Shown here: piece by piece, positions 47,720-57,866 of the stretch | Layout: every line of letters starts with the position of its first letter | Numbering within the stretch: position 1 is the stretch's first letter | Assembly: GCA_963169855.1 (NCBI GenBank) | Contig: CAUJCN010000002.1 | Coordinates: 5,508-69,507 of the forward strand | Source of the DNA: Patescibacteria group bacterium | Lineage (GTDB): Bacteria > Patescibacteriota > Dojkabacteria > J137 | Length of the DNA: 64,000 nucleotides | Direction: 5' to 3' | The notes under the pieces: model-generated | Told to the model about the DNA's origin: nothing | The model's database searches: none | The model's input: only the letters and a program-made list of their open reading frames with translations | Position numbers and translations under genes: made by a program

Positions 47720-50678
47720 ATTCATAAAACTAAAAACAACAAGGAATCTCGATAAGATTAAAGAGTCAAATTCCAAGAGAGTTTTCGCTATAGATATAAC
47801 TAGAGCATTTGCTGTTTTGACAATGATTATTACCCACGTTGTCGCGATAGTTTTTAGTCATAAAGAAGGATCAAGCGGGGTTACATTTTTGATTGGTGCG
47901 TTTGGTGGAACTGTCTCGTTTACATTATTCCTTCTAGTATCCGGAGCAACTAGTTACTTTACAACAATTTCACTTGAAGGACTTACTAAAAAAGGTATCC
48001 GTCGAAGACAATTCAAATCATTTAAGAGAACTCTTCAAATACTATTTGCATACTATTTACTGGCGGCGCTTTCTCTTTTTGTATACGGATTAGCATTTAC
48101 AACAAAAACTAGTGAGGCAATTATCACAGATATTCTTCAAATTCTTCTTTTATTAAGAGTTCCAGAATTTACTGAATTCTTGGTTACATTTGTGGTATTC
48201 AGTTTAACTCTAATCTTCTTCAGAAGAGTTTACAGATTCTTGCTGAGCGATTCACGAATTCTAATACTAGCTGGTGCCATTTCGTACTTTATAGGAACAA
48301 TTATATACAGAATCGACTTGGGTAACGACAGGGCAAACTTGCTTAAAGCTTTGTTCGCTGGACACGAAAACGTTCATACATTTCCATTCCTTCAATACTT
48401 TCCAATCTTACTAACAGGATTATTCATTGGAAAATATATTTCAGCTAGAGATCAAATTCATCCAAGAGCATTCATGACTAGGTTATTTAAGCTCCTCGGA
48501 ATTGTTGCTATCCCTGCAGTTGTTTGTATTGTACTCGCAACTATTATCCCAGATGGCATCTTTGGTTATACAGTTTTCGGAGATAGATTCCCACCACAAT
48601 TAGGATTTATTCTCCTAAGCATTACTCTTTCGTTGTTTGCAATGACATTGGTTCTTTATGCAGAAAAATTCTTTGTTAGAGCGAGAAGTATTGTGACATT
48701 CATAAGTAAAAACGCCTTGTCTTTCTTCGTTGTTCATACGGCACTATTGCTATCGTTTAAGTATTACATGGATACTAATTTCAAAGATGTTGATTGGCGT
48801 TACGATCGATTCCTCTCAGTTTTCCTTTTTTATATTGGAGTCTTAGTAGCTTCGGTTTTTGTAATTTACATTAAAGAAAAGTTGATTGGACTTTACTTTG
48901 TGATTGACGGATATCTAAATACTCATCATTACATAGTTGATTTCCTACTTCCAATTGCTGCAGTTGGATTAGTAATTGCTACAGTATTCTTTACAATTTC
49001 AGATAATAGAATCGTTAGTGGAAAAGAATTAAATATAAATGTAAATGAAGTTAAGAGAGATTTCGAAATTAACGATAATGCCGAAATGTGGTATGACGAT
49101 AACTTTAGATACTATAAACGTGTTAATGTGGAAGATTTGACTAGTGATCAGATTTTCCTATCTCAAAGATGGGCTAAAGTGTCTTTCAATCATAAATCTG
49201 TTGTTGAAGAAAACAATTTGAGAAAAGAATCCGGCGAAGATATACGAGTTGTGGAATTCGATGGAATTACATTCACAGAAGTGCCTATAGTAATTACTTC
49301 ACCTAATTCAGATAGTACTAAAGTTGTTTTTAAATTCAATCCTGGAGAAGTACAGTACTTTATATATTATGGCAACGATTACTCTGCAATGTCCGCTGCG
49401 CCTACAGATCAAGCAGGAATAGAAAATGCTGTTGATGTTAATACTGGAGACCAGAATCAGCACATTCTTAGATCTAGTACAAACAAAAGGTGGTTGCTAA
49501 AGGATTATTCTCAATCACCAAGACTTCAATTATCTGTAGTTGTTCCTGAAGAAATCAGAAGTATTCAGTATATAGTTTTCGAAATTGAAAATACTGATCT
49601 AAGAGGTGAGATGATTACTTCAGACTCGGTAAACTATTCTGCAGAAATTGATACATCAGTTTTGAATCCTGGATACTACACAATTCAAGCTACAGCAATA
49701 GAATTGAGAGATAGTATAAATGTTTACAATACTTACAAAATTCCATTCTTTGTAAGCTATCCTTTGTTCATGACTTGGACTTTGGACTGGGAAGGTTGGG
49801 GAGTAGCACAATACGAATCAAACGACATTTTTGATATTTCTTCGAGATACGGAATGCCAGTTACACATTTTTTTAATCCTAGAATTTTTGTACAGAATCA
49901 ATATTCAATCTATTCAGTAAATCCAGGAGAAGCTCAGTATTATGTAAATTTAGTTAACCAAAGAAAAACCCAAGGAGATGCAATTGGCCTTCACCTACAT
50001 TATTATGCAGATTTATTGGAAGAAATTGGAGTTCCAAAAAGAGCGACAGCTCAGATTGTAGGAAGCAATCGAGACGAAACATCATTAGATGCTTACACCC
50101 AAGAAGAGTCGGAAAAGATTTTGCAATGGAGTATCGATAAATTTGCTGAGCACGGCCTTCCTAGACCAACAATGTTTAGATCCGGTGGTTGGATGACGAG
50201 CTCTGCATTGCTTAAAGCTCTAGCTAATAAAGGGTTTGATCTTGACTCATCCGGAAGAACAGGTGGTGTTTTAAACCCTGCATGGACAGGTAGTACAATT
50301 ATTCCCTGGAATTTAAGTGGAACAACAATGCCATTCAAACCAAATGTAAACAATATTAACGCTTGGGATGGAGAGAGAATTAACATTTTTGAATTCCCTA
50401 ATAACGGTGCTGACTCTTATTGGTTTCCAATTGAAGAATTAATAGCCAGATTTAATCAGAACTATCCTACTAAAGGAGAAATTATGCAAAAGCCACAAGT
50501 TCTTACATATCTAAGTCACCCTCATGGATTCCCTGTATTCGATTCTACAAAAATTAGAAGTTTATTTGATTATACTGGCAATTATCAATTCAAAAACGAT
50601 GATGGGCCTGTAGTTTACTCAACATTAGAAACTACCTATAATGAGTGGAATAAGTTATCATTTATAAATGGAAACTAA
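47712..50678 (+). CDS. Fusion: membrane acyltransferase-like domain (DUF1624/OpgC-like), Ig-like domain(s) and polysaccharide-deacetylase-like barrel
   Basis: IDITRAFA..MI..H, FPFLQY, about 11 TM helices; C-terminal TLDWEG, IGLHLH, FRSGGW, DSS, SHP. Confidence 0.65.
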   Translation: MRKFIKLKTTRNLDKIKESNSKRVFAIDITRAFAVLTMIITHVVAIVFSHKEGSSGVTFLIGAFGGTVSFTLFLLVSGATSYFTTISLEGLTKKGIRRRQFKSFKRTLQILFAYYLLAALSLFVYGLAFTTKTSEAIITDILQILLLLRVPEFTEFLVTFVVFSLTLIFFRRVYRFLLSDSRILILAGAISYFIGTIIYRIDLGNDRANLLKALFAGHENVHTFPFLQYFPILLTGLFIGKYISARDQIHPRAFMTRLFKLLGIVAIPAVVCIVLATIIPDGIFGYTVFGDRFPPQLGFILLSITLSLFAMTLVLYAEKFFVRARSIVTFISKNALSFFVVHTALLLSFKYYMDTNFKDVDWRYDRFLSVFLFYIGVLVASVFVIYIKEKLIGLYFVIDGYLNTHHYIVDFLLPIAAVGLVIATVFFTISDNRIVSGKELNINVNEVKRDFEINDNAEMWYDDNFRYYKRVNVEDLTSDQIFLSQRWAKVSFNHKSVVEENNLRKESGEDIRVVEFDGITFTEVPIVITSPNSDSTKVVFKFNPGEVQYFIYYGNDYSAMSAAPTDQAGIENAVDVNTGDQNQHILRSSTNKRWLLKDYSQSPRLQLSVVVPEEIRSIQYIVFEIENTDLRGEMITSDSVNYSAEIDTSVLNPGYYTIQATAIELRDSINVYNTYKIPFFVSYPLFMTWTLDWEGWGVAQYESNDIFDISSRYGMPVTHFFNPRIFVQNQYSIYSVNPGEAQYYVNLVNQRKTQGDAIGLHLHYYADLLEEIGVPKRATAQIVGSNRDETSLDAYTQEESEKILQWSIDKFAEHGLPRPTMFRSGGWMTSSALLKALANKGFDLDSSGRTGGVLNPAWTGSTIIPWNLSGTTMPFKPNVNNINAWDGERINIFEFPNNGADSYWFPIEELIARFNQNYPTKGEIMQKPQVLTYLSHPHGFPVFDSTKIRSLFDYTGNYQFKNDDGPVVYSTLETTYNEWNKLSFINGN

Positions 50679-52947
50679 CGAACCCCCAAAACAAAACGAG
50701 GTTGCGGAAGTCACACTAACTTCTAGAGGAAGAGGAAAAAAAGTTGCTCATACAACATTTTATCCACTATTCTACTTTTTTTCTAATATAGAAAAAGGAA
50801 TCCAGAAAACTGTCTCTGCAGTATTACATTTCCCTAGAAAGCTTTTTTCATTGATTGATAAAAGAACTCTTAAAATTGTATTAGGAATCATTGCAATAGA
50901 GATTGTAATTGGCTACCTTATAGCCTGGTTATATTTAGATATTACAGCTCCCCAGGATATTACTTATTACTTAAGCAAAGTTGATTTTGATGTTTACGCT
51001 GTATTGATGATTGCTATCTTTGGTATTTTCTTGATAGGAAATCTTTTCCAAATTACAATTGGATTTTATGAATCAAGATTCAGTAAAAAAAGATTTGCAT
51101 TATTCAATGTAATTCTAGTTGTAGCATTTGTAGTATTGTTCCTGGGAGCTTACGTTTTCAGACATCCTGAAATGCAAAATAGCTATCCTAAATATGCACA
51201 AGCAATGGAGGATTACACAAAGCCGATTGAAGTTTTATTCAATCTACCAGTCGATGTCTCCGCTTTGAAACCAACAATTACACCAGAATTAAAAGGAGTG
51301 TGGGAATGGGAACCATACTTGGGAAATAATGCTATGACTAGAAGAGGTAAATTTCATGCAGAGATTTCTGCATTCCCTGACCAACGTTTTGTAATCTACA
51401 TTCCAGGAATTAAGAAATTTACAGATCCAACTGTGCATGAATATGGATTCGCATTTAAGGCACCGCCTTTACCAGCAATCGTATCTACATATCCTGAGCA
51501 GGGATCTGTTACAGCAAAAAGAGACGATCAGGTTGTATTTAGAATTGATAGGGACAGTAGAGATCTTGTAGATTGGAGCTTTAGACTTCTCCCATCTACA
51601 GAATTTGATGTAGTCTTCGAAGAATCGGACATTATAATCAAACCTAAGGCATTGTTGGAACAAGGAAAATCTTATACTCTAACAGCAGCCTATAGGCCAA
51701 AGCAAATTAATCTACTAACCAAAGAATCTGTGTCTTTTGGCGAATCTATTAATAAAATTGATTTAAAATTCACGACTATAAAAGAACCATTAATTGACAC
51801 TTTCAAACCAACTGGCAACACTGTAATAATCTCTGAGCAGATAAAAATTAAGTTTACAGAAGAAATGAACAGAGAAAGTGTTGAAGAAAAAATGAAAATA
51901 GAGCCAGCAATCGAGGGCGAAATTGTTTGGACAGACGATAAAAATTTAACTTATGTAAACGAAGAGCCTTTGCCAAAAGATACTGCTTACAAAGTTACTT
52001 TTGCTTCTGGAATGATGAGTAAAATGGATGGAGTTTCTAACAAAGAAATTACTTATGATTTTAAAACAATCGGTAAAGTAAGAATTTCTGATTATTCTCC
52101 AGGTAATGGAGCTACATATGTAAGTGAATACACTGATATTAGAATTGCTTTCGATCAGGAAGTGAACAAGGATGAAGCTCAATCGCATCTAGTTGTCTCA
52201 CCTGCTTACCAAGCTGTATTTAGGTGGGAAGGAAATACAATGATTCTTGCAGCTCTTCAACCTATGGCATTTAATACTACATATTCGGTAAGGTTGACTG
52301 CTGGTGTTCAATCGATCAACGGATTGCCGAGTACGGACGAAATCAATTTCAGTTTTACTACAAGATCAAATGTCTACGTTTTTACAATGCCAATCTACTA
52401 TCAACCAGCAGGTAGTTTCTCTTGTAATATCTACACTGCAAAAATGGTGTTAGCTTACAAAGGTCATTCAGCTGATGCAACTGGATTAATTGCAGAAATT
52501 GGTTATGACGAAGGCAGGTCAGGAAATTCATGGACAGGAAATCCATATGCAGAATATGTTGGAAACGCTGACGGAAGCTGGGGTTACGGTGTTTACTATC
52601 CACCTATTCAGAATATTTTCGCTGCAAGAGGGATATCTTCTGATCCTAAGGTTGGATGGAATGTTTCAGATTTGGCACGAGAAGTTCAACAAGGAAGACC
52701 TGTAGTTATTTGGAGATACAACGGAGTTAGTAGCGGTGCAAACATTTCTTGGACATCTGATGACGGAACTTATGTACCAGCATTTAGTGGGATGCACGGT
52801 GGAGTTGTAACTGGATTCACGGGTCCTGTAGAAAATCCTACGAGTTTCTACTTAAATGACCCTTGGTTTGGTCCATTCTGGTTAGACGTTGGTACTTTTG
52901 ATTATTACTGGTCGTTCTCTAATAGAATGGCTCTAATCGTTTACTAG
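50668..52947 (+). CDS. Membrane protein with Big_5 Ig-like repeats and a C-terminal C39-like cysteine peptidase
   Basis: Three TM helices; repeated I.F...M/V..SV...I.P units; YYQ...SC, H, NDPW catalytic pattern. Confidence 0.8.
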   Translation: METNEPPKQNEVAEVTLTSRGRGKKVAHTTFYPLFYFFSNIEKGIQKTVSAVLHFPRKLFSLIDKRTLKIVLGIIAIEIVIGYLIAWLYLDITAPQDITYYLSKVDFDVYAVLMIAIFGIFLIGNLFQITIGFYESRFSKKRFALFNVILVVAFVVLFLGAYVFRHPEMQNSYPKYAQAMEDYTKPIEVLFNLPVDVSALKPTITPELKGVWEWEPYLGNNAMTRRGKFHAEISAFPDQRFVIYIPGIKKFTDPTVHEYGFAFKAPPLPAIVSTYPEQGSVTAKRDDQVVFRIDRDSRDLVDWSFRLLPSTEFDVVFEESDIIIKPKALLEQGKSYTLTAAYRPKQINLLTKESVSFGESINKIDLKFTTIKEPLIDTFKPTGNTVIISEQIKIKFTEEMNRESVEEKMKIEPAIEGEIVWTDDKNLTYVNEEPLPKDTAYKVTFASGMMSKMDGVSNKEITYDFKTIGKVRISDYSPGNGATYVSEYTDIRIAFDQEVNKDEAQSHLVVSPAYQAVFRWEGNTMILAALQPMAFNTTYSVRLTAGVQSINGLPSTDEINFSFTTRSNVYVFTMPIYYQPAGSFSCNIYTAKMVLAYKGHSADATGLIAEIGYDEGRSGNSWTGNPYAEYVGNADGSWGYGVYYPPIQNIFAARGISSDPKVGWNVSDLAREVQQGRPVVIWRYNGVSSGANISWTSDDGTYVPAFSGMHGGVVTGFTGPVENPTSFYLNDPWFGPFWLDVGTFDYYWSFSNRMALIVY

Positions 52948-52949
52948 TT

Positions 52950-53579
52950 ATGAAAGGAAAATATCTCGACACATTGGCTTTTATCTACGTTATTTTAGGA
53001 ATAGCTATTGCTGGAATATTTTTCTTCAATGCTGAAAATCTTAGGTTACTAACTCTAAACAAACTAACTATTGATAGTCAGGATGATTACGAACTTGATT
53101 ACCCAACTGGAGATTTGGTGGATATAACTTTAACTCCAAGTTCAATTTTCAAAACTGGGGAGGTTGTGAATGGTATTAACTATTCAATATTTTCTACCGA
53201 AGAGTTCATCTTTGACTTTATTGTTATTGCAAACAAATATCCAGAAACTAAAACTACTTTCAGTTGTAGAGATGCTACAAGTTTCAAAAAAGATCTTCTA
53301 AATAAACTTGTAGAAGAATTTAATAAACCTGTTGATATAGCATCAGTTTTAGAAGATGAGGGAATTTACTTGAGTTCGGAAAGCCAGACATCACTTCTTC
53401 AAAATACTACTGGAAACTTTGGGACTTCTACAAGATTGCTTGATTGTACCGATGCAGTTGTTAGAAGTAAGGTAGAAGTTTACTTCGTTATTGGGTTAGA
53501 AATAATAGTTGTAGTTGCAGGAGTTCTATTTATCTTCAGAAAAAAGATTGGCCAAGCTTTCGAAGAGATAGAAACTTAA
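52950..53579 (+). CDS. Hypothetical protein with N- and C-terminal TM helices
   Basis: 209-aa ORF coupled to the upstream gene. Confidence 0.65.
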   Translation: MKGKYLDTLAFIYVILGIAIAGIFFFNAENLRLLTLNKLTIDSQDDYELDYPTGDLVDITLTPSSIFKTGEVVNGINYSIFSTEEFIFDFIVIANKYPETKTTFSCRDATSFKKDLLNKLVEEFNKPVDIASVLEDEGIYLSSESQTSLLQNTTGNFGTSTRLLDCTDAVVRSKVEVYFVIGLEIIVVVAGVLFIFRKKIGQAFEEIET

Positions 53580-53863
53580 GCTTCAGCTAACTCTACAACT
53601 CCTAAATGATTGATCCCTTCGTATATTTCTTTAATGTCTTCCAAAGGAACTCTGTTTTTTAAAGCGACTCTTAGTTTATCGAAATCTTCTACTGATATTC
53701 TAAGAATTTTACCGTACATATATTGAACATAAAAATTTCCATTTTCATCTTTTCGAATATCAATAAACTGACTGTCTTTAGTATAAACACCGTACATATG
53801 ACCACCTTCACCTTGTCCAGGTAATATTTTTATCCAAACTTCTGCTTCTGGGTTTCCATTCAT
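53576..53863 (-). CDS. Hypothetical protein
   Basis: 95-aa ORF with ATGA overlap to the ASCH gene. Confidence 0.55.
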   Translation of the reverse strand: MNGNPEAEVWIKILPGQGEGGHMYGVYTKDSQFIDIRKDENGNFYVQYMYGKILRISVEDFDKLRVALKNRVPLEDIKEIYEGINHLGVVELAEA

Positions 53864-54300
53864 AGTATTTTTAAATCGATAGGTAACTGATAATCTGCGA
53901 TCCAGACTCTCCTATCAAGTTTCTGGATTTTTACAGGATGCTTAAGCTTTACTGGTTTTGTAAATCTAATTAGTGTGCCGTACCGTTTAACTGCTTTTTT
54001 CTTAGCATATCTATTAAGCTGATCTTCGTCTTCGAATCCCATCTCGTCGAAATGTTCTTTCATAATATCTCTAATTTGATCAGGATGTATTACATCAATG
54101 TATTCAAAATCTTCAACCTCTACCTTTCCAACTACAGGTCCACTCGATTCTTTTAGAAATATAACATCTCCTTTATGGAGTTTTTGATAAGGTGCTACTT
54201 TGTTATACATCCATTTGATATCAATTTTGACTTCACCTCTCAGGACCAGATCAACGTATTCTGCATTTCGTTTTTTAGAATAAACCGCTAAGTGGTACAT
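53860..54300 (-). CDS. ASCH/PUA-fold domain protein
   Basis: HLA...LVLRGEVKID, APY..L.KGD.IFLKESSGPVVG, DRR.W. Confidence 0.75.
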   Translation of the reverse strand: MYHLAVYSKKRNAEYVDLVLRGEVKIDIKWMYNKVAPYQKLHKGDVIFLKESSGPVVGKVEVEDFEYIDVIHPDQIRDIMKEHFDEMGFEDEDQLNRYAKKKAVKRYGTLIRFTKPVKLKHPVKIQKLDRRVWIADYQLPIDLKIL

Positions 54301-54360
54301 AAATCTTCTACTATTCGTTTCAAATATTGTTCAACATCAGAAATCTTCAACGGATAATTA

Positions 54361-54630
54361 CTATTCCTTCCTTCCTTCCTTCTTACCCCTTTTTTGATAG
54401 TAGACAATTACAATTTTTACTCCAGCAGTTAGTATACTAATCTCCCTCACATTAATGTTGAGTTGACTGTAGTGAGAAGATACAGAATGTACTCCTATAC
54501 CGTAGTCAATCTCTATGGAAGATTCTAAAGCAAGATCAAATAAATAGTTAAATCTCTCTTTTGCTTCTTCGGTTATTGGAGTCTCATCATCAAACGACTC
54601 TCCATTTTCATAAAAGTACTCTGGATCCAT
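54361..54630 (-). CDS. Hypothetical protein ending in an (AAGG)4 repeat
   Basis: 89-aa ORF; the stop directly follows the tetranucleotide repeat. Confidence 0.5.
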   Translation of the reverse strand: MDPEYFYENGESFDDETPITEEAKERFNYLFDLALESSIEIDYGIGVHSVSSHYSQLNINVREISILTAGVKIVIVYYQKRGKKEGRKE

Positions 54631-55234
54631 ATTTTATATTAATTTCCAAAACCTTCTCCAAGTCTTCAATAAATCTTTCAAAATTTTTAAAAATATAACC
54701 TTTTACACCTGAACTCTTTGCAGAGTTTACTTTCTTTTCTGAGTCATCAAAGAATAAAATTTGATCTGGTTTGCAGTCTAAAGTTTTGACTACATGATGA
54801 AAAAAGTTTGTTCTATCTTTATGATGTCCAATCTCTGACGAGACAAATTTTCCATCCATCCAGTTTTGCAATCCTCGAGTTTCCCAAATGTGCTGAGCTC
54901 TATATTTTTCCTGATCTGTTGCTAAATAGACTTTAAGTCCTGAATCTTGTAGTTGTTTTGCTACTTCTATAAACCGTATATCTATTTCTGGGTCTTCTGT
55001 TAACCAGAATTCCAGAAGTTCGTCTACTGTTCCTTTCCAGCCCCATGTGCTTACTACTTCAGCCAGCTGTTCTTTTAAGTCTCCTTTTCCGATCACAACA
55101 GTTTCTTTTAGATTATCGAAGAATGGGGTAAGTATGTTTATATCAATTCCAAATTTTTCGGCGTAAACCTCACGAAAATATTTACTATTGCAGATAACAC
55201 CATCGAAGTCGATAAGTACGGCCTTGTAGTTCAT
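54608..55234 (-). CDS. HAD-IA family hydrolase
   Basis: DFDGVI, ATDQ, FFDD; ATG at 55234. Confidence 0.88.
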   Translation of the reverse strand: MNYKAVLIDFDGVICNSKYFREVYAEKFGIDINILTPFFDNLKETVVIGKGDLKEQLAEVVSTWGWKGTVDELLEFWLTEDPEIDIRFIEVAKQLQDSGLKVYLATDQEKYRAQHIWETRGLQNWMDGKFVSSEIGHHKDRTNFFHHVVKTLDCKPDQILFFDDSEKKVNSAKSSGVKGYIFKNFERFIEDLEKVLEINIKYGSRVLL

Positions 55235-55291
55235 ATAGAAGATTCTAGCGTTTTTATTCGAAAATGAATAGAGCAGTGCTAAACTTATTGA

Positions 55292-56356
55292 ATGACTATT
55301 GATCTCACGAAAGAACAAATTAAAAGATTCATGATTGAGCATTCTGGACTCAATTCAAAAAAGAATTCAATCGACGAAGTTTTAACTGAGTTAAGTTGTA
55401 TTCAAGTAGATCCAATAAATACAGTTGCTCCAAGCCACGAGTTATCTTTGTACAATAGGGTGATGGGAATTAAAAGATCTGATTTAAATTCTGAACTATA
55501 TGAGAAGAAAACTCTCTTTGAATATTGGTTTCAGCTCTACTCTATTATCCCAATGAAGTTTTTTCCTTATTTTGCTGAACGAAGTTCTGCAAATCTTTAC
55601 TGGCATGATTCTCATTACAAAGCACATAGGACAGAGATAGATGCAACTTTAGATTTCGTAAAGAAAAATGGTTCAACTGGAATTAAAGATTTAATGCATT
55701 TGCCAAAAGTTTCTGGAGTTTTTAATTGGGGAGATAGCCAGTCTCGTGCTGGATTATTAACTTATTTGTGGGACAAAGGTGTTTTAATGGTTTCTCATCG
55801 AAGTAGCAATCAAAAGTATTACGATCTTACAGAAAACATTGTTCCTAAAGAGATTTTGAATCAAAAGAAAAGTCATGAGGAAATTCTCGAGTTTTACTTA
55901 ACTTCTTATTTTAAATACTTGGGAATTGTTCGAAGACCACAGTTAACTAGAATGGGTCACATGTCTAGAACTGGAGTTAAAGATTTATTCAAGAAATGGG
56001 AAAAAGAAAGAAAGATTTTAGGAATTACGATTGATGGTCAAGCAACAAAGCTTTATATCTTGAAGGAACATGCTTATAAAATTGATTCTTCCCCTACTCA
56101 TACTAAACTCAACATTTTACCGCCTCTAGATCCTCTTATAATCGATCGAGATATTCTGAACGATGTATTTGACTACTTCTACAGATGGGAGGCATATACA
56201 CCTGCTTTAAAGCGAAAATTCGACCAATATGGAATGCCAATTCTTTACAAAGGAGAGATTAATGGACAAATTGCTTTGAGAAAGGATTTGGTGAACAGAA
56301 AGTTGAAGATTCATAATCTGGAGAAGTTTGTGTTTACCAATGCAGAACTTGACTAA
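55292..56356 (+). CDS. AlkZ/YcaQ (HTH_42) crosslink-repair DNA glycosylase family
   Basis: IQVDPINTVAPSH...R, LFEYW, YDLTE, ILPPLDPLI.DR, YRWEAYTP..KR. Confidence 0.85.
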   Translation: MTIDLTKEQIKRFMIEHSGLNSKKNSIDEVLTELSCIQVDPINTVAPSHELSLYNRVMGIKRSDLNSELYEKKTLFEYWFQLYSIIPMKFFPYFAERSSANLYWHDSHYKAHRTEIDATLDFVKKNGSTGIKDLMHLPKVSGVFNWGDSQSRAGLLTYLWDKGVLMVSHRSSNQKYYDLTENIVPKEILNQKKSHEEILEFYLTSYFKYLGIVRRPQLTRMGHMSRTGVKDLFKKWEKERKILGITIDGQATKLYILKEHAYKIDSSPTHTKLNILPPLDPLIIDRDILNDVFDYFYRWEAYTPALKRKFDQYGMPILYKGEINGQIALRKDLVNRKLKIHNLEKFVFTNAELD

Positions 56357-56358
56357 TT

Positions 56359-57318
56359 CTATTCCTTCTTTTTGTAAGGTGGGAGAATATCTTCGTCCAG
56401 TCTGAACAAGTGCGGTTTCTCTCTTCGATGAGTTTTATCTAGGCTTATAAAAAAGTTTGGTAAGTTATCTTGAATCTTATGACCAAACACAATACTTGTT
56501 CCCCAAGTTACAATTTGTCCTTTGTAAGCGATTTCAATTCTTTTATTCGGTTGTGTTAGCTTTAGATCTATTTTGTATTCAATATCGTCATCATTATCTT
56601 TTACAAGCCATTCAGCTACTCTTCTTTGAACATGTCTCTTAATATCCCCATTCCCTGCCATAAGTCGAACTCTAAATTCTATGGGTTTATGAAACGGTTT
56701 GAATTCTCTAATCGTACTTATGATCGAAGAAATTACCTGAGATCCGCTATTTGATGAGTCATCAAATCTGTAATAAATAATTTTTTCTTGGTTTGCAGCA
56801 CTTTGTCTATCTTCAAATTGTAGTGGTACACTAAATTTAACTCTCATTTGATTTTCTGGAGACAGCATTCCATAAACCATTTTTGCAAAGTAAGTTTCGC
56901 TACTATCTTCATAATAATCGGTTTCAAAAATGACTACTGAATTTGGATTTGCAGATAATTCTTGTTCCACTTCTGCTGCATATTCCTTCATAATCGATAC
57001 AATCTCTTTATTCGAAACATATTTAAGTTCCGCAATTCCCTTCATGAATGCCTGAACAAATTCTTCATCTGGGTCTTCTTGCTGAACGATCTTTCTAATG
57101 TTTTCATCATCTGCCCAGTTAGGCTTCGATAGTAGATCTCCTTGAAATTCCTGCCACACAACTCTTATATTTTTTAGAAAATCAGGAAGTCTTTCGGTTC
57201 TTAGTTCTTCAGCAAATTGTGGATGATCTACTCCAACTTCGTTTATAAAATTCTGAATGGATTGTTCAACTGTTGGGACTGATTCTGGAATCTCTGTGAC
57301 TAATTGATCTAGTGGCAT
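56359..57318 (-). CDS. Hypothetical phosphoribosyltransferase-fold protein
   Basis: YRFDDSSNSGSQV resembles a PRPP-binding loop; C-terminal VFGHKIQDN. Confidence 0.5.
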   Translation of the reverse strand: MPLDQLVTEIPESVPTVEQSIQNFINEVGVDHPQFAEELRTERLPDFLKNIRVVWQEFQGDLLSKPNWADDENIRKIVQQEDPDEEFVQAFMKGIAELKYVSNKEIVSIMKEYAAEVEQELSANPNSVVIFETDYYEDSSETYFAKMVYGMLSPENQMRVKFSVPLQFEDRQSAANQEKIIYYRFDDSSNSGSQVISSIISTIREFKPFHKPIEFRVRLMAGNGDIKRHVQRRVAEWLVKDNDDDIEYKIDLKLTQPNKRIEIAYKGQIVTWGTSIVFGHKIQDNLPNFFISLDKTHRREKPHLFRLDEDILPPYKKKE

Positions 57319-57320
57319 AA

Positions 57321-57866
57321 TTACCAGTGTGGAACTTGATGAGTAATTTTCTTATTATTCTGAATTGCTTCTTTTACTTTATTATTGACTGACGAATAGT
57401 AAATCACATCTCCATCTTCTGAATATTCTGACCCATCTTCTTCTACATGATAGAAGTTCAAGTTCTTACCTGGAAATACTTGTAATCCGGATTTAATATA
57501 AAACTCAGCATTTTCTGGAACACAAAACCCAACTAGAGTTTTATTATTCTCATCTGCATATTTTGTCATTTCTTGCATCAATACTTTTCCGTAACCCTTT
57601 CTTTGCTCTATTGAAGAAACTGCTTGAATTCCCATTATTTCGACTTCTTCATTTTCAATTTTCAAAGCGATTGGTCTTATTGTTCCAAAAGCTACCAATT
57701 TGTTATCTGCTCGAACCAAAAAGAAAATTCTATCGTGGAAATAGTTATTAGTCTGATGATCCCAAACGTTATCTCGATTAAACAGAATCTTTCTATACTG
57801 ATTTACAACATCAAGATCTGATTGAGCTAAATCGCTTCCTTGTACTGTCTCTATCTTTATGTTCAT
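57321..57866 (-). CDS. GNAT family N-acetyltransferase
   Basis: V..EQRKGYGK.LM, FYIKSG. Confidence 0.88.
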   Translation of the reverse strand: MNIKIETVQGSDLAQSDLDVVNQYRKILFNRDNVWDHQTNNYFHDRIFFLVRADNKLVAFGTIRPIALKIENEEVEIMGIQAVSSIEQRKGYGKVLMQEMTKYADENNKTLVGFCVPENAEFYIKSGLQVFPGKNLNFYHVEEDGSEYSEDGDVIYYSSVNNKVKEAIQNNKKITHQVPHW

